A DNA stretch of 63,801 nucleotides, filler included, from Asterionella formosa (lineage: Eukaryota): NCBI GenBank assembly GCA_002256025.1. It is 12 parts of 12 records of this genome, joined end to end, with 100 filler letters (N's around TTAATTAATTAA, not from the genome) between each part and the next. Parts side by side here need not be neighbours in the genome. Positions count along the whole stretch, not along the records: positions 1 to 24,055 come from NKIB01002319.1; 11 more parts are not named here. One strand, given 5' to 3'. Every line of letters starts with the position of its first letter. Position 1 is the first letter of the stretch. Positions 1 through 13,099 of this stretch are shown in pieces. A program made the position numbers and the translations under genes. The notes beneath the pieces were generated by a model. It made no database searches. It was given only the letters and a program-made list of their open reading frames with translations, and was not told where the DNA came from.

Positions 1-188
1 TGGATATCTTTTCCTACAGCCATGCAACACTATACTACACAATTCTATCTCTACGACAAACGACTGCAAGTTCTCATTCTATACATTATAGTTATTGTTG
101 CATGTGATGAGTACCCGATAGACGTTTCGATGGTAGGTACAGTATTCTTAACGTTAACGTAACCAATATCTTCGCCGCTATAGTCATT

Positions 189-1220
189 TTAATCTCCAGG
201 GTAAATAATGGTATTGATCAACAACAATAGCAACACGAATCCCAGTAGGCAATACGCCACTTGGATATTCAAATGTCCTGTATCTGTGCAACATTGGTGT
301 ACTCCACATGTACTTGAATGTGTGTCGGAAATTTCCGCCACAACACGACGGTACAAGTCATCATCGACACTTAGGACGTATGTCAACTCTTGACGATGCT
401 GATTCCCTTTCTCCTTTGGTTGTTCGACCGATAGTATCCCCGGTTCCAAATGAGGATCCATAGTTAATCTCACTTTATCTTTTGGAAGTTTCATTAATAC
501 TCTCCCATCAATGTTACAATAAAACGACGACTTGGAAAAATCAGCCACATTTGTCGGTCGATGTGGTGTACAAAGGCCGCCTGATGCTCTGAAGGATTCT
601 TCGTCGTTGTCTTGTAACCACAACTCATCCTGTTCCTGATTTACATGGATAGTATAACTGGTATTTTTATTTTCCAATAATAAAGCATTCAGTTGTTGAA
701 ATCGTGCCCGATAATTGGCACGGCATTGTGGAATTGACGGAGATGTTATTGCTGTTGTTGTTGCAAGACCCTTTTTGATATTTGTAGGTACAAAGGATAC
801 GTCATTGAATTCTTGAAAGAAAAATGGGCAATTCTCTAAAACCACATCTTCTGCAGTACGAGGTGGTGGTGGTTGTGGTGGTTGTCCTGTAGAGGGTGTC
901 CTATCGTCCAAGGGAGTATAGGCCATCATGTTGGTTGTATCCAGAGACGTATTTAGTGGATGAGTAGTGCTAGTACAATTGTTCGCAGTAGTCCCGTGCT
1001 GTCGCATTCCTCTCCATTGATTCGCTTTTTCCCACCAACTATTACTTCTTGCCCTTGTTGATGTTCCCAACAAGGCTTCTTCTTTTGGCTCATTGAATGG
1101 TTGTATCGATGGCACAATCGTAGCACAGTCAGGATCAGATCGATCCAATGCTGTCATTTGAGGAGTTTCTACAGGTGCCGAATGATTCCTTCTGTTGTTT
1201 CTGACAGGCAATGACGCCAT
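189..1220 (-). CDS. Hypothetical protein with low-complexity N-terminus and one C-terminal transmembrane helix
   Basis: 343-aa ATG-started ORF; hydrophobic C-terminus (IQVAYCLLGFVLLLLLINTIIY); no family motif recognised. Confidence 0.65.
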   Translation of the reverse strand: MASLPVRNNRRNHSAPVETPQMTALDRSDPDCATIVPSIQPFNEPKEEALLGTSTRARSNSWWEKANQWRGMRQHGTTANNCTSTTHPLNTSLDTTNMMAYTPLDDRTPSTGQPPQPPPPRTAEDVVLENCPFFFQEFNDVSFVPTNIKKGLATTTAITSPSIPQCRANYRARFQQLNALLLENKNTSYTIHVNQEQDELWLQDNDEESFRASGGLCTPHRPTNVADFSKSSFYCNIDGRVLMKLPKDKVRLTMDPHLEPGILSVEQPKEKGNQHRQELTYVLSVDDDLYRRVVAEISDTHSSTCGVHQCCTDTGHLNIQVAYCLLGFVLLLLLINTIIYPGD

Positions 1221-1959
1221 TTTTGTTGTGACTCAACTAGGGAAGCAACTGTGCTAGTAGTTGACAGATAATGGTGTTGAGAGAGAAGATAATGATCCTC
1301 ACTGCTCACTAATACATCAGAGGAAAACGGACAGGAATGATTGTGATTGTCACGGCCAGAAAATCTGATCAGTTGCTTCTGGTGGTGGTTCCCACTAAAA
1401 TATGTAATATACTCATACCGGTATATTAGTATAAAAGTTATCACAAATACGGAACATTGTACGGTAGTGACTCATATTGAAATGGTTATAACTAGCAATC
1501 AAGTCGTTATGCCAACACATTTTTTGTGATTTTAATATATATTTATATAATATCAACTCTAAAGTGAATAATATCATGATTTGTAACGGTAAATACCGGG
1601 TAATGTACTTTTCATATGAACAGGATGATTTATTGTCCCTCGAGAAAACCATTTTGTACTGGTAGCAGTTGCGGTGAGGGGTGCTGGTAAGAGTGTGACG
1701 TGTCAACACTCAGGTTCATTACGGTACCTTTTTTTATGGCTGATAAAATAAAATATTTCTGATAAAAACACGTTCTGACCGGGGAAAGGACATCAAAAAG
1801 TATCCGAGCATTTTTTTCTGATAAAACTAACTCGGAAAAGAGGACAATTTTTATCAGAAAAGAAAATTTGGGTGTGCTACTACTAAGGGGGGGGAAATAA
1901 AATTTTATAGTACATTAAATCTCCACATCTATAATCGCACTTGGGCCTTAGAGACACGA

Positions 1960-3050
1960 TTGATACTACAAGGCGAGTGCATGCCTCAAACGCACCCTTG
2001 GCCTACAACCCTCTAGTCTTTCTATCTCGTGGGCAAGGTGAATCCGAGCTCTGTCTCCCAGCGTTATTCCATCTTCGCTGTGCCATCCCTGGATTGAAAT
2101 GTTGACCGTTTTTACCCATAAAAGGTTTTGTCCCACTGTATGATGTCTCTGTCGGACTTGCCGTGCTGGTAGCAAAAACAGAGCTGAATCTTGTGGATTA
2201 GTCATGTCTTTCTTCATACATCGTATAAATATGAACTTGTCCACTTCTGAGCTTAAGATTGTTGCTTGCTGTAGATCATTTTCTCCGTACAAACGATGGT
2301 TTCAGATCTTCCAATAATCTATTCCATACTGCCACATGGTGGATACCATTCGTGTCGTCCACTGTTTGTCTCTGGCCTCATCAACTGTCAGTTCACGAAG
2401 GCGACAGTACAAAGAGTTGGCAATTCCCCATTGACGGCTTATGCGTCCCTGGACTGCCTGATTCCAGCCAATGTCTTATTGGTTTATGAAGGCGTGAAAT
2501 GTTGCCTAACCTATAACGTTGTTATGCTGTGGAATTTTTCCTTCCCAGCGGACTGGATGATTTGCGGACCATTGGTGTATTCCTTTCTCAAAGGTCCGGA
2601 ATATAAGAGGGCATTTAAATAAATCATGGAAGGGCACTGTCCCTTGGGACCATTTCTGACTCCCCCTCTCCTGAGTATTTTTTGGGCATCGAAGAATGTG
2701 GTCAAAATCTTCATTGAATTTCCCGCACTGAGGGCATTGACCATCGTTGAAGTGCTCGTATTGTCTTCGTTTTTTCATTGTCGCAAATAAATCAAATTCG
2801 AGTTTGAATATTGTTGTGCGTATGAAGACCTTGATTTGCTGGCCCGCTCGAGCTCTGGCTGCCCAATCCACCATATCAAATATTTCCCTCGAGTGCCACC
2901 CTGTCCTTACCATAATATTACCCTCCAGGTCAGAACGGTAGACCTCTTCTTTGATGGCTGTGGGTAGGTGACTCGTTACCCATGTCAGTCTTAGCTCCAG
3001 TGTTGGCCAATGACCTGGAGGAAACAATTGGGTGTGCTAGTACAGGCAAG
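1960..3050 (-). mobile_element. Degenerate 3' portion of a non-LTR retrotransposon ORF2 (diatom Ambal-like), with zinc finger
   Basis: ORF 2506-3027 contains CPQCGKFNEDFDHILRC (CxxC..E..H...C finger) preceded by FDMVDW; coding continues in other frames (frameshifted). Confidence 0.65.
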
Positions 3051-4436
3051 GTGGAGGATCCTGGCACTTCTGTGCAAGCTCTGGTCAATGGATGCAATGG
3101 ATCATGTCATAATTACATGTATCATACTCCACGACATGATCATAGAAGACAAGTGAGATACACAACACACAAATCATGAATATTTATTTGATAATATTCA
3201 GGATGGCTTTTTAGTTGACAATGTAAATCACAACAACTGCCGTACTTTTCTAGATTTCAAAGCAATTTGAATGAACTACATGCATGAAGATGAGCACTAC
3301 TAATTGCAAAATGATTTGATTAGTTAAGCACTTGTGGAGCAACTCGAAACGAGGATAAATAATAAATAGTATTTGATTAAATTAAATCTATTGACACTTA
3401 TGTTGTAGATCGGAAACAGTGAAATGATACTACTAGCAGAATACTAATTGGTGACCAAATTATTTAAAACTCGTCTACGTGTTCAGTTTTTAGAATCAAT
3501 TCATCATCATCAGTAGATGGTGATGGAGAAGTTAAATCATCCACTTCAATGGATCTGCTAGACTCCAATTTATTCTTTTTTGGCCTTTTCGGCTGCCGGT
3601 TTCCCAATTGCAGCAACTATTTCCTCCGCCGCTTCTTGTGCCTTCATGGCAAACCACCTTTTTGCTTCTGCTGATTCACTATTTATTGTAAAAATGTTTG
3701 AATAGGAACTCATCACGTTGAGTTTAAACCTTTCTTTCAAGCATCATAGCATGATTCCGCTCAAATACAAGCTGAGCATTTGCAACATGTTTTTCATTCT
3801 TGGCAGCTTTTGCTCGGTCCACATACGACGCAGCTTACGCTTTTATGTGTGTGTTGACACTGAACTAACGCCCTGATGGTTGTATTTGTCTACATGAAGA
3901 TAGTACTGAGAATGCATTGTAACTATGTGCCCACTAATGCATTGAACCATAGATGTTATGTTGCCAGCACAAGCCATAATCTAGAAAATTTGAAATGCTT
4001 CTTTTGTTTGGCTGCAGTCGGAGACTTATCGAACGAATAGTACCTGACAGATATTAGAGGGCCATAGTTTAGCAAGACCAAAGCAAAATTGGAATTGGTC
4101 GATGCAGTGGCTAAAACACTTTTGCATTTTCGACCAATCTGATGCATTATGACAGGACATGTAATGACTCCCAACTGCAATTGGCTTGGTATTTGTATTC
4201 TTTATTTAAATAGACTTTATCTGGGTCTGTTCATGGATATGGTATCATGTTAACCAAACAACTGAAAAGTATTTTATTCAACAATCCTGTTATTATAACA
4301 GAGTAACTGATGGAACATTGAACAAGTATTGAACCCAACAACTACTGCCTTACAATGTAAGAATGATTGTTTATATCATATATGCAGGAACATGCATCAT
4401 GCTACCTAGAACCAAATCAACTCAATTTTTTGAGCT

Positions 4437-6339
4437 TCACCTACCGCAAAATTTACTACCAGTGCCACAGAAACCCTTTTTGCTGCAACAAAGACTGGTA
4501 TTTGGGCATATTTTGTTGCCCCTTTTACCATTACCACATGTGCCAGTAATAGCAGATGTAGGAAGTGGTGTTGGAGAACGAAGAGTAGGAATAGCAGTTG
4601 GAGGAGGAGTAGGAATAGCAGTTGGAGGAGGAGTAGGAGTATCAGTTGGAGAAGGAAGAGTAGGAATAGCAGTTGGCAAAGAAAGGGAGGGAACAGTAGT
4701 TGGAGAAGGAAAAGTAGGAATAAGGGTTGGAGGATGAGTAGGAATAGTGGTTGGAGGAAGAGAAGGAATAGGGGTTGGAGAAAGAGTAGGCCCAACTGGA
4801 AATTCAGTACTTATGCAGCTACTTCCAGCAAGGAGATTGCTGATTGATTTTTTTGACTGTGTGCTAAATCCATTGGCACCACTATTAATAAATGGCTCCA
4901 TTACCCATTCAAAACCATTGGTTTCTGGATCATGAAGCGCACCTTCAGTAGATTTAAAGGTCATGTTAAGTGAGGATGGATATAATAACAATGCATTCAT
5001 TCAAGATTGGAATTACCAACATACCAGCATTGTGTCCCAGTTCATGGGCAAAGAGAATGGTCTGCATTTGGACATCACTTGTGAATGTGATATAATTCAC
5101 AGCATATCCATAGACAGAATCACAAATGGCTTTAATGTAACCACAACCAATTACACAACCATTATTGCTGCATTCCAAACCTGTCCCAGAGAACAAATGG
5201 GCTGAGTCTCTTTTGACTGACCTTCTATTTTTAGACCAGAAACTCGAAAAGAAAGTGAGTAAACCATTACCTGAACATCCAGATTTGTTGAGAATCACAG
5301 AAGCTTTATATGGGTCAATTGTTGGATTACAAAAGCCCTCCATGTAAGAAATCTGGATTTTGCAGCAAAAGTTATTCTGGTAAAGATTGGAGGCACTAGC
5401 AACAATCTGCTGAACTGCGTTTGCAGCATTTGTTTCCCCACCCTTCCTTGCACAGAATGATGACTCATATGCAATCGCAATCTCAATAACCTTGAGTGAA
5501 GTGCAGCCAGACTGCAATTGCCTTTCGTCCACTGAAGAATCATATTCCTTCATCAGTTTTCTCCCAGGGTTGAGGCGTCGATTCTCACCAAGAACTTGAG
5601 GTTCAGCCAAAATGAATTGCTGCAAAGCAACTTTGTCACGAGCCTCAGGGAGAATCGTGGCAAGGACGCCATTTGAAATCTCTTCCAAGTACTTATGTGA
5701 TCCATCTGCATAGGTAATATCAACCATTTGCACATTTCCACCAGGACCCTTTGTGACTACCATAGTACTATCGCCATCAACTTTAATATAATTGGATACT
5801 GCAGGAAGTGACTTCTGCTTTCGTCCGTTAAACATATAAGTGGCATCCGAGGAAAACACATTCAATGGAATGAGATTGTCCAGTGAGTGTTCAGTGCCCT
5901 TGACCTTGATTGTATTTTGTTTCGAAATTTTTTGCAAGGGCATGCTTGCTCCCTTCTTCATGTGGTGGCGTGCCATGAACGTGTCTATGATCTCAGCGGA
6001 AGGAAATGCGAACACGTTGTCGACAGCTTGAGTGTTTCTCCTTCCCTTCAAGGCTCTGTCCTCTCCTCCAGAATCCATCTCCATCTCCTGAATGGGAGGG
6101 ATCACTGAGTCAGAAGGGGATGTATCGAGGCTGGTAGACAAATCTTGACTAGGCGGTTCTCCCTGAAGAAAAAAGTCGGGAATGCGGCGAACGCAATTGG
6201 TAAAATGTCAGAGTACAAACGTTGGGGCGTAGAATGCAAAGTTATTACGTACAAGTTTTCCTGCTTCGACGTTGATGATTGACCCCAAGGCCAAGAAGAC
6301 CGTTAGAAGGACCGATTTCTTGCGGAAGGAGTGGAGCAT
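4437..6339 (-). CDS. Secreted metzincin (reprolysin/M12B-like) metalloprotease with Pro/Thr linker and C-terminal hevein (CBM18) chitin-binding domain; exons 6339-6253, 6162-5025, 4942-4437
   Basis: Exon 1 encodes signal peptide MLHSFRKKSVLLTVFLALGSIINVEAGKL. GT-AG introns 6252-6163 and 5024-4943 keep frame. Splicing reconstitutes HELGHNAGALH (HExxHxxGxxH) followed by Met-turn-like WVMEP. PT repeats, then CPNTSLCCSKKGFCGTGSKFCG. Confidence 0.88.
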
Positions 6340-8169
6340 GTTGTGCATTAATAGAAGTACTCCGGAGTAATGACTTATCTTTTTCGAGCAAACTAGCAGA
6401 GGTTTCAGTGTTGCGTCTTAAATTTCTTTTTACAAAAGCATGCCGGTTATACCAAATGTATCCAAGACAGCTTGATGATTCGGCATAGCACCTGATGGTA
6501 AGGACATGTTCTAAATTATCAGCATATATGTACTCCAACATACCGGTATGTACATGGCATTTGGAGATAATAATGTCCGAGAACACACAGGTACATGGAT
6601 TCTTTGCTATCGGTGTAGGAGTCTATGTAACTTCCAGGTACATGGTACCGCTATATGGCTACATATGTACCGGTACATTTTTTGTTATCTTTTAGACCTA
6701 CATATGTACCAGCAATAAATTTAGAAAGAGTGTACGACTGTCGAAGACAACGTCCGTATTCTCTCGGAGCATACCGGTATGTGTAAAGTAGCGATCCATC
6801 CAAACAGAGCTGATACTGTATTTTACATAGGAGTACGAAGTATGAAGTTGGTACCGCACTCCCTGTTACCTGGCTCTATAACTATTTTAGTCACTCTATA
6901 TATGTGTACGCACACATGCACTGTTGACAACTGGCATTGCTATGCTGATGATGTCAATTACTCCAGCGTGTCTTATCACAATGACCATCCTACATACTTC
7001 TTCGCAAGCGTACCAGTCAAAAACTGCTTACGACCACTAGAAACTGCTTTGTCCATCATAACGGGGTAATCATACATTTTGTACTACAAACTTTTTCAAT
7101 TTTGGCGATATGACCATTTTCACCATGAACAAGTCATTTGTTTTACGCGTGTACATAAATGATGTCCTAAAGCCAGATCGATATGTGTTCCAATGGATGA
7201 GATGCATAAACGAGTCCCGAGTCCGAAAACGTTGAGTGAGGCACAGCATCCTCGGAAGCAATAAAATTGACTCGTTGAGCTGGACCGACATTTTATATTC
7301 ATATACGTTACTTTCTACTTATTTTTCTAAAATTCCAAATTTATATAGCTTGCGTTAACGCTTTTCTTCAGTTAGATTATTATCATGGCAAGATTCTGTG
7401 CGCAATCCCAATTCAAATACGCATGATAGTTCTCGCCATACTAGCAATGACTGGTACAGGTGGGAAGTGATTTTGTAATGTCAACATGTGCATATGCATC
7501 CTGAAATGCTCTGGAGACCATCACAAGACAGTATACCATATTTTCATATTTTCGGATCTTACTACTTAGCTAGTATAATGAACCGAAGAAGCACCAAATC
7601 TCGAGAAAAGTACAGAGATATTTGTAAGACTCTAGACAAGGATTTAGTAAAGCTTGTTCTCAACAACTTGACAAGAGAACTACTAGAAGCTACAAAGGCT
7701 TACAATGGAGGAGCTTTATGGTGCTATCACTAGATTAGTAGCAGACAAAGTTGGCACAAGAATGTGGCTAATAAAAGACATGGCAAAGTACCATTTGAGG
7801 AAAATGAATGATGACAACAAGGATCTAGTAGTAGGTGGTGGTTGGGGTTTAAATTTCACAGTTCTATTGGATTGCTCCCCAGCAGAAGGAATTGAAAATA
7901 GCAGTACACTTACCTTTGCAACCAGACGAGCCTCGACAACTGCATCCACTATTGACACCCGTTACATTTAACTCCAATGAAAACAGCAGTGTGAGAAAAA
8001 TAAGCTGGCAGATAGACCTAAACAGCATGATTCTCAAAGTACAAACAAAAATAGTGCTGCCATTGAGACCATTCAACTTCCTCCAGCACAACAAGCAAGT
8101 GGTAGCCCCAAACACAGCAACTCCAAGGCATTTTCAAGAGACTACTAACCACGCATTAAATTAGCAACC

Positions 8170-8460
8170 AACCATGTAATCAACCAACACAGAGCTGTTT
8201 GTAATAACACAAAAATGAGTAACAAAAGCAAATCAAGAAAGGAGAACTTGCCCAAATCAACCATCAACAGCAATAAAAATTGAAGCCATCCGAAGTAGAC
8301 TAAAGAATAAAACTTCAAACCCAGCAACAGGAATTGTGAAACAAGGAACTCCCTCTCTAATGACTGCAGTCGAGACCTACATTGTAAAAGTTGTCTCCCA
8401 GCTTGCTAAAATGCTGACGCCAATCTCTATCTCAACTGGACGTCTCCAACTCATAATCAG
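8170..8460 (+). pseudogene. Possible decayed N-terminal remnant of a pogo-like DNA transposase
   Basis: GTPSLMTAVETYIVKVVSQLAKMLTPISISTG resembles, from memory, the N-terminal DNA-binding region of diatom DDE-1 transposases; surrounded by stops. Confidence 0.3.
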
Positions 8461-9674
8461 CTGTCGGATGGATCAGTCTCAGACCATCCAGACCTACTAT
8501 CAGACAAGCATCCAACATTTCAATGTACAACTGCTTGTTCCACTAGCAAAATTTATGCCAATTTTGTATAAAGTGGACCACATTGGTGCTCGGATCATGT
8601 GCTCAACAACGATCATTACCTTGAAAGCGTCAATCACTGAAGTGATAGCTGCCTGATTGTTGCAATGGATAGCCTCCATTCATCACTTTTGCGATGATTG
8701 GCTGAGAGTGCAAAATTGGTTGCATGTTCAAAGTTGTGAAAGAGAATGGCTCAATTCAGGCAAGCAATTTTTCCAACATAACAACGCAGCAACCACCAAG
8801 CCTTGCCACATTTTTCCTAACCTCGCTTCTGACCTTTGGTTTTAAAGCCGCCATCAGCTTCAATTATGGCCTCAGTTGACGAGGAAGACAAGGAGGATTA
8901 AGCTGTGGTGATGGAAAAGTGATGATATGTTTGCACCTTGCTACCTCAGTTGACCAAAAAATAGGAGAACATTTGGAAAACAAGATCATATTTTCTAACT
9001 GTTTACCGTTGAATAGCATAGTACTGCTGGTATATACATAAGGAAAAATAAATGAAATGGGGTATATAGCTATACATCGAGCAAGCAATGTAGACTATAT
9101 ATATATATTTAAAGATTTCGAAAGGGAATCAATCTAAATCCGCGGATTTTTCCACTGATATAAATATTTTCGGCAACCCTAAGCAATCTTCTAATTTTTG
9201 CCTTAGGGTTGAAATCTAGGAACCTTCTTTATAAGACCATTAAAATGCAAAAAGAACGACTTGAAAAGTTCCATATCATGATAACAAAATAAACTTCAAA
9301 TAGTTAAAATGATTCAACCAGCCGCAAGTTCTTGCATGCATTCGTTGACCTCTACTCAAAGGGTTACAATTGGTATCGGCCGAATATTTTTCTAATTTTA
9401 GTCCCAAAACAGGGTACTACCGGTATTGTCATCTATGGCAGTTTTTGACTACCTGGTACCACCAGGTAACCTGCCTGCTACTACCTGCTACCTGCTACCT
9501 CTTACTTGTTTGTAAATACTACGTGTACATTTCCAGATGCACGAGTTCTGTTCGATGGCATCGAAATAATTAGATCCCACCGAAAACAGGATGTGTTGAA
9601 AAAGTCCTTACTCCTTCCTGCTGGCTGGGTCTCTCTCATCACATAGGCTCTTTTATCTCTCTGCTCTGCTTCTA

Positions 9675-9960
9675 GCTAATTGACCTTCCTGTCAATTAAC
9701 AAACTGTTTCCTAACTTGATAAACTAACTTGAATGAAATTATAAGCTAAACTAAATGTTTCCTTTCCATGCATCTTTGCCTCCCACAAATTCGCTTCGAA
9801 TTTCCACTTAACATTTCCTTAGAAATCTTCAGTCTTTGATCTCGTTTGATAGCTAGCAGATTGACGCGGCAATGCAATATTCAACTCATTGGATTACAAT
9901 CGAGTCCACAATCCTTGTGACTCGAGCTAATATTCTTGACAAGCATGATCATGAGATCCT
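9675..9960 (+). repeat. Degenerate dispersed repeat, second copy at ~31185-31460
   Basis: Shared blocks in the same order: ttgacctt..ctgtcaatt; tcattgga(t/c)tacaatcgagtcca; tgagatcctc. Confidence 0.55.
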
Positions 9961-10927
9961 CGAGTTCTATTCCAGTTCCATAAATGAATTATATACCCCT
10001 AGTAATACTGGTACCAGTAAAAAGTTGCCATGACCCATTGAGAATATTTTTGAACTGCCGTGACCCATTGAATGCAGAATAACACGTTTTGCAATCAAAA
10101 CTTGAATAAATATTAATTTTGAGAGTTCTGGCTCCTTCCTGACATAAAGGCTAGTCAGCTATGTAATTAGTTTGAGATTTGGAGCAAGTTGTTCATCTCA
10201 ATAGATTGCCTGAAATGGTCGATCGACCGAAAAACCGTGAAGAACACGGATTAGGGTTAGTTTAGAAGTCACCGCATCATATGATATATGATGATAAATT
10301 CAATAATTTCGATATTGATTTGAACCTTCACATCATTTGCGACAACTTGTCTTTATATTGAATACAACGGAGATGGCAAATTATTTAGGAGCACGGCATC
10401 ATCATGCAAATGTGTTAGTATGTATGATTATGGGTATACCAGGTAGGGAGAACATACCAGGTTTTCATCGCACCTTTCTAATAACACGCATGACACAAGT
10501 GCTTTAACACATGATCTAATCTGTCTTACAATAATATGCTGTTATTTTTTCTGTAGACATAAATATCTGGGGGTGTTGTGCCAGATGTACGAAGGGGGGT
10601 ACAGGTATCTGGGGGGATACGAGACACCAGGTTTTACGGTGTAAACAAAAGCCATGAGCATACATGTTGGCATACTCCCAATTTATATATGAGCTATGGC
10701 GTTGAGCAAAATTATGTCTAAATTCAGCAACGTAGATAAAGTGTTAACGTTTAAATATCATTTTTTTTAAATGGTACTCTATCATTCTGGCGCCGATTCC
10801 TATTTAATTCAAATATTCAAATGGCCACTCGAATCATGAGAATTCATAGTAGGAAACTCCCTGTTCCACGCCGTTTTTACAACCATAGCGATATTTCTCC
10901 GAACTAGGGTTAAGCCGGGGCCGCAAC

Positions 10928-11774
10928 CTTAAATGATAAAATTCGAACCAAGTACAAACTTTACTGTAGTCGATCGAACGGGGATAGCTATCATTTAATC
11001 AGTTCTAAAGTAGAACATAGAGTTATGGAGATCTAAGCAATTTAGTCTTACCCATTTGGACTCATAACGTTGACTCTCAGTACATATTTTTAATTTATAC
11101 ATTAAGATTTTTTACCCCCAAACCGTGTTGTTTTTAACTCGATTGTTACCACAAAAACGTTTTGCTATTACTTTTGTTGATCCTATAATTAGCGGCACCA
11201 GCTACCGGTGCCAGGTACCAGGGTTTTAAGTGCCGAAGATAACAGGACTGGTACCGGTAGCATATTCGTCAAGCATTCGTTTGGGCCTCGCATATCTATC
11301 ACTTCAAGTTCTCATCTGTCCGGTGGTCCTCCTCTTGTTTCAATTCATTTCACGGGTGATTTTTGTGATTTCATGACAAATCCTTCGTATGTAGTGTTTC
11401 AGGTAGTCACGCCGAGAGGTCGCAGCTGATGTTCTTCATTTAGGGAGAGGAGAATGCAAAATGACGTTGTTCTATACTAAATGAATCTACCGACAGAAAT
11501 ACTTTCGAATACCTGAATACATATATAAAAGGTGATGCCAACTGAATGGAGTAAAAAATAATTTAGCTTTTTTATTTAATTTCTCTTCGACAGAAACCTT
11601 TGGGACCAAATACGGAAGTAACGCTAGCTAATTGACGAGTTCAAAGCACGATCATTATTGGTTAATACATAAATTGGTACAACATTGCATGAATAATTAT
11701 GTTCGTATCTAGCATATTTAGCCCAAAACGTGAATTTACTCGATTTAACGTTGACTCTCAGTTTTTAGGTGGTA
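10928..11774 (+). mobile_element. Non-autonomous TIR DNA transposon copy A (internal part plus right terminus)
   Basis: 10928-11443 aligns by eye with 14927-15448; ends AACGTTGACTCTCAGTTTTTAGGTGGTA (11747-11774), the reverse complement of the start of copy B. Confidence 0.65.
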
Positions 11775-12031
11775 CAGTCAGAAAGTCTATCAGCCTAACC
11801 ACTGAATCATGACGACCTTGCAGGAGAACCTTGTACCAGGTAACAACAGGCTTGTACGACCATTATGTACTACAAGAAGATACTGTACATGGTATACCCC
11901 CCTGGTATCAGGTTCCGGGTATTTTCTGCTCACTTTTTATTCTATTGTTAGATCAGCTATCCCGCTGCCGCAACATCCTTCCATCACATTTCGGTTCGCT
12001 TCTACTTTTCTCTATCCAGTCTTGCTTCACC

Positions 12032-12975
12032 ATGATTCGTCAAAACTATCTTCAGTCTTCGTCTGTGGTCGAATCTCATTCAGTGCAGTCTCAATTTGTG
12101 TCTCTGACAAAAGATCGCGAGACTCTCCGCTTGGAAATTGACACATTGGAGAGAAGTCGTCGTCGGACAGAGGCGTCGCTATTGGCATTGCGAGAGTTGC
12201 AGGGGAATCTAGGAACGGAACTTTCCAAAGCTCATGCCACCATGGGGCGCTACCAGAAAACAAAAGATATGATGCATCGCGAAACACTTCGCTTGAGTCG
12301 CATTTTGGCAACGGAACGATCCGAATTGGAACAAACGCAACTGGAATGCAAAGTGGTGGCAGAACAAGAAAAACTATATAAAGAAAAGTATGTAGAGCAG
12401 ATGCAGGAGCATAACAAAGAATTGGAGCATTTGGTGCAGAACCAAGAGCAATCCTTTCTGGCAAGCGTGCTGGCATCGACAGAAGGGGTGGCGGTGATTG
12501 TGGAACTTGCCGCCGCCCACAACAAGAATCATTCAGAAATAGACACGGCTTCCATTATGCTACATGAAGCACTTGCGAAAAAGGATACAGAACAAAACAG
12601 ATATCGTGATATGGAACAACAGTTGAAGATGTGGCGAGCTCGTGTACTGGCTACTGATCCGGTGAGTCATATGCCATACCGATCGCCTCTTTAGTTGTCA
12701 AAACCCCTCACATTTGACAAAAGGATTAGTTTCACCGCGATACTTGGCTTCATCATGGCATGGATTATTACTCACACGAACGCAATATTTTGTATCTATT
12801 CTTTTCGTGTAAACAGACGATGGATGTTGAATCAATGGAAAGTGCGTGGGACGGTGATTCTTCTGATGAAACTCGCCTGGAGATTGACCTATTTTATGAG
12901 AATAATTCTCAAGATCCTGTGCACGAAGATAAGGAAATGACAGCTGATAATACCACTATGGGATCCGACGAATAA
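12032..12975 (+). CDS. Hypothetical coiled-coil protein; exons 12032-12661 and 12817-12975
   Basis: ATG at 12032 within the long ORF; heptad-like E/K/Q/L-rich sequence; phase-0 intron GTGAGT...AAACAG (12662-12816) joins in frame to an acidic tail (TMDVESMESAW...). Confidence 0.7.
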
Positions 12976-13099
12976 GGGTTCATTTCTTGGGGAAGGACAT
13001 GAGTCGTCAACGTCGGATTGGATCCCACAGGAATGATTCTCTTGCCCCGCAATGCACTGACAATGACTAACTACTACTATATTTATCGTCTATGTGGCA

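Noticed and set aside
1725..1870. Repeated CTGATAAAA motifs as a transposon terminus
   Set aside because: No matching second terminus or target duplication found; too short to call
4363..4795. Leu-rich and Gly/Val-rich ORFs
   Set aside because: Alternative-frame or antisense readings of the Pro/Thr linker repeats
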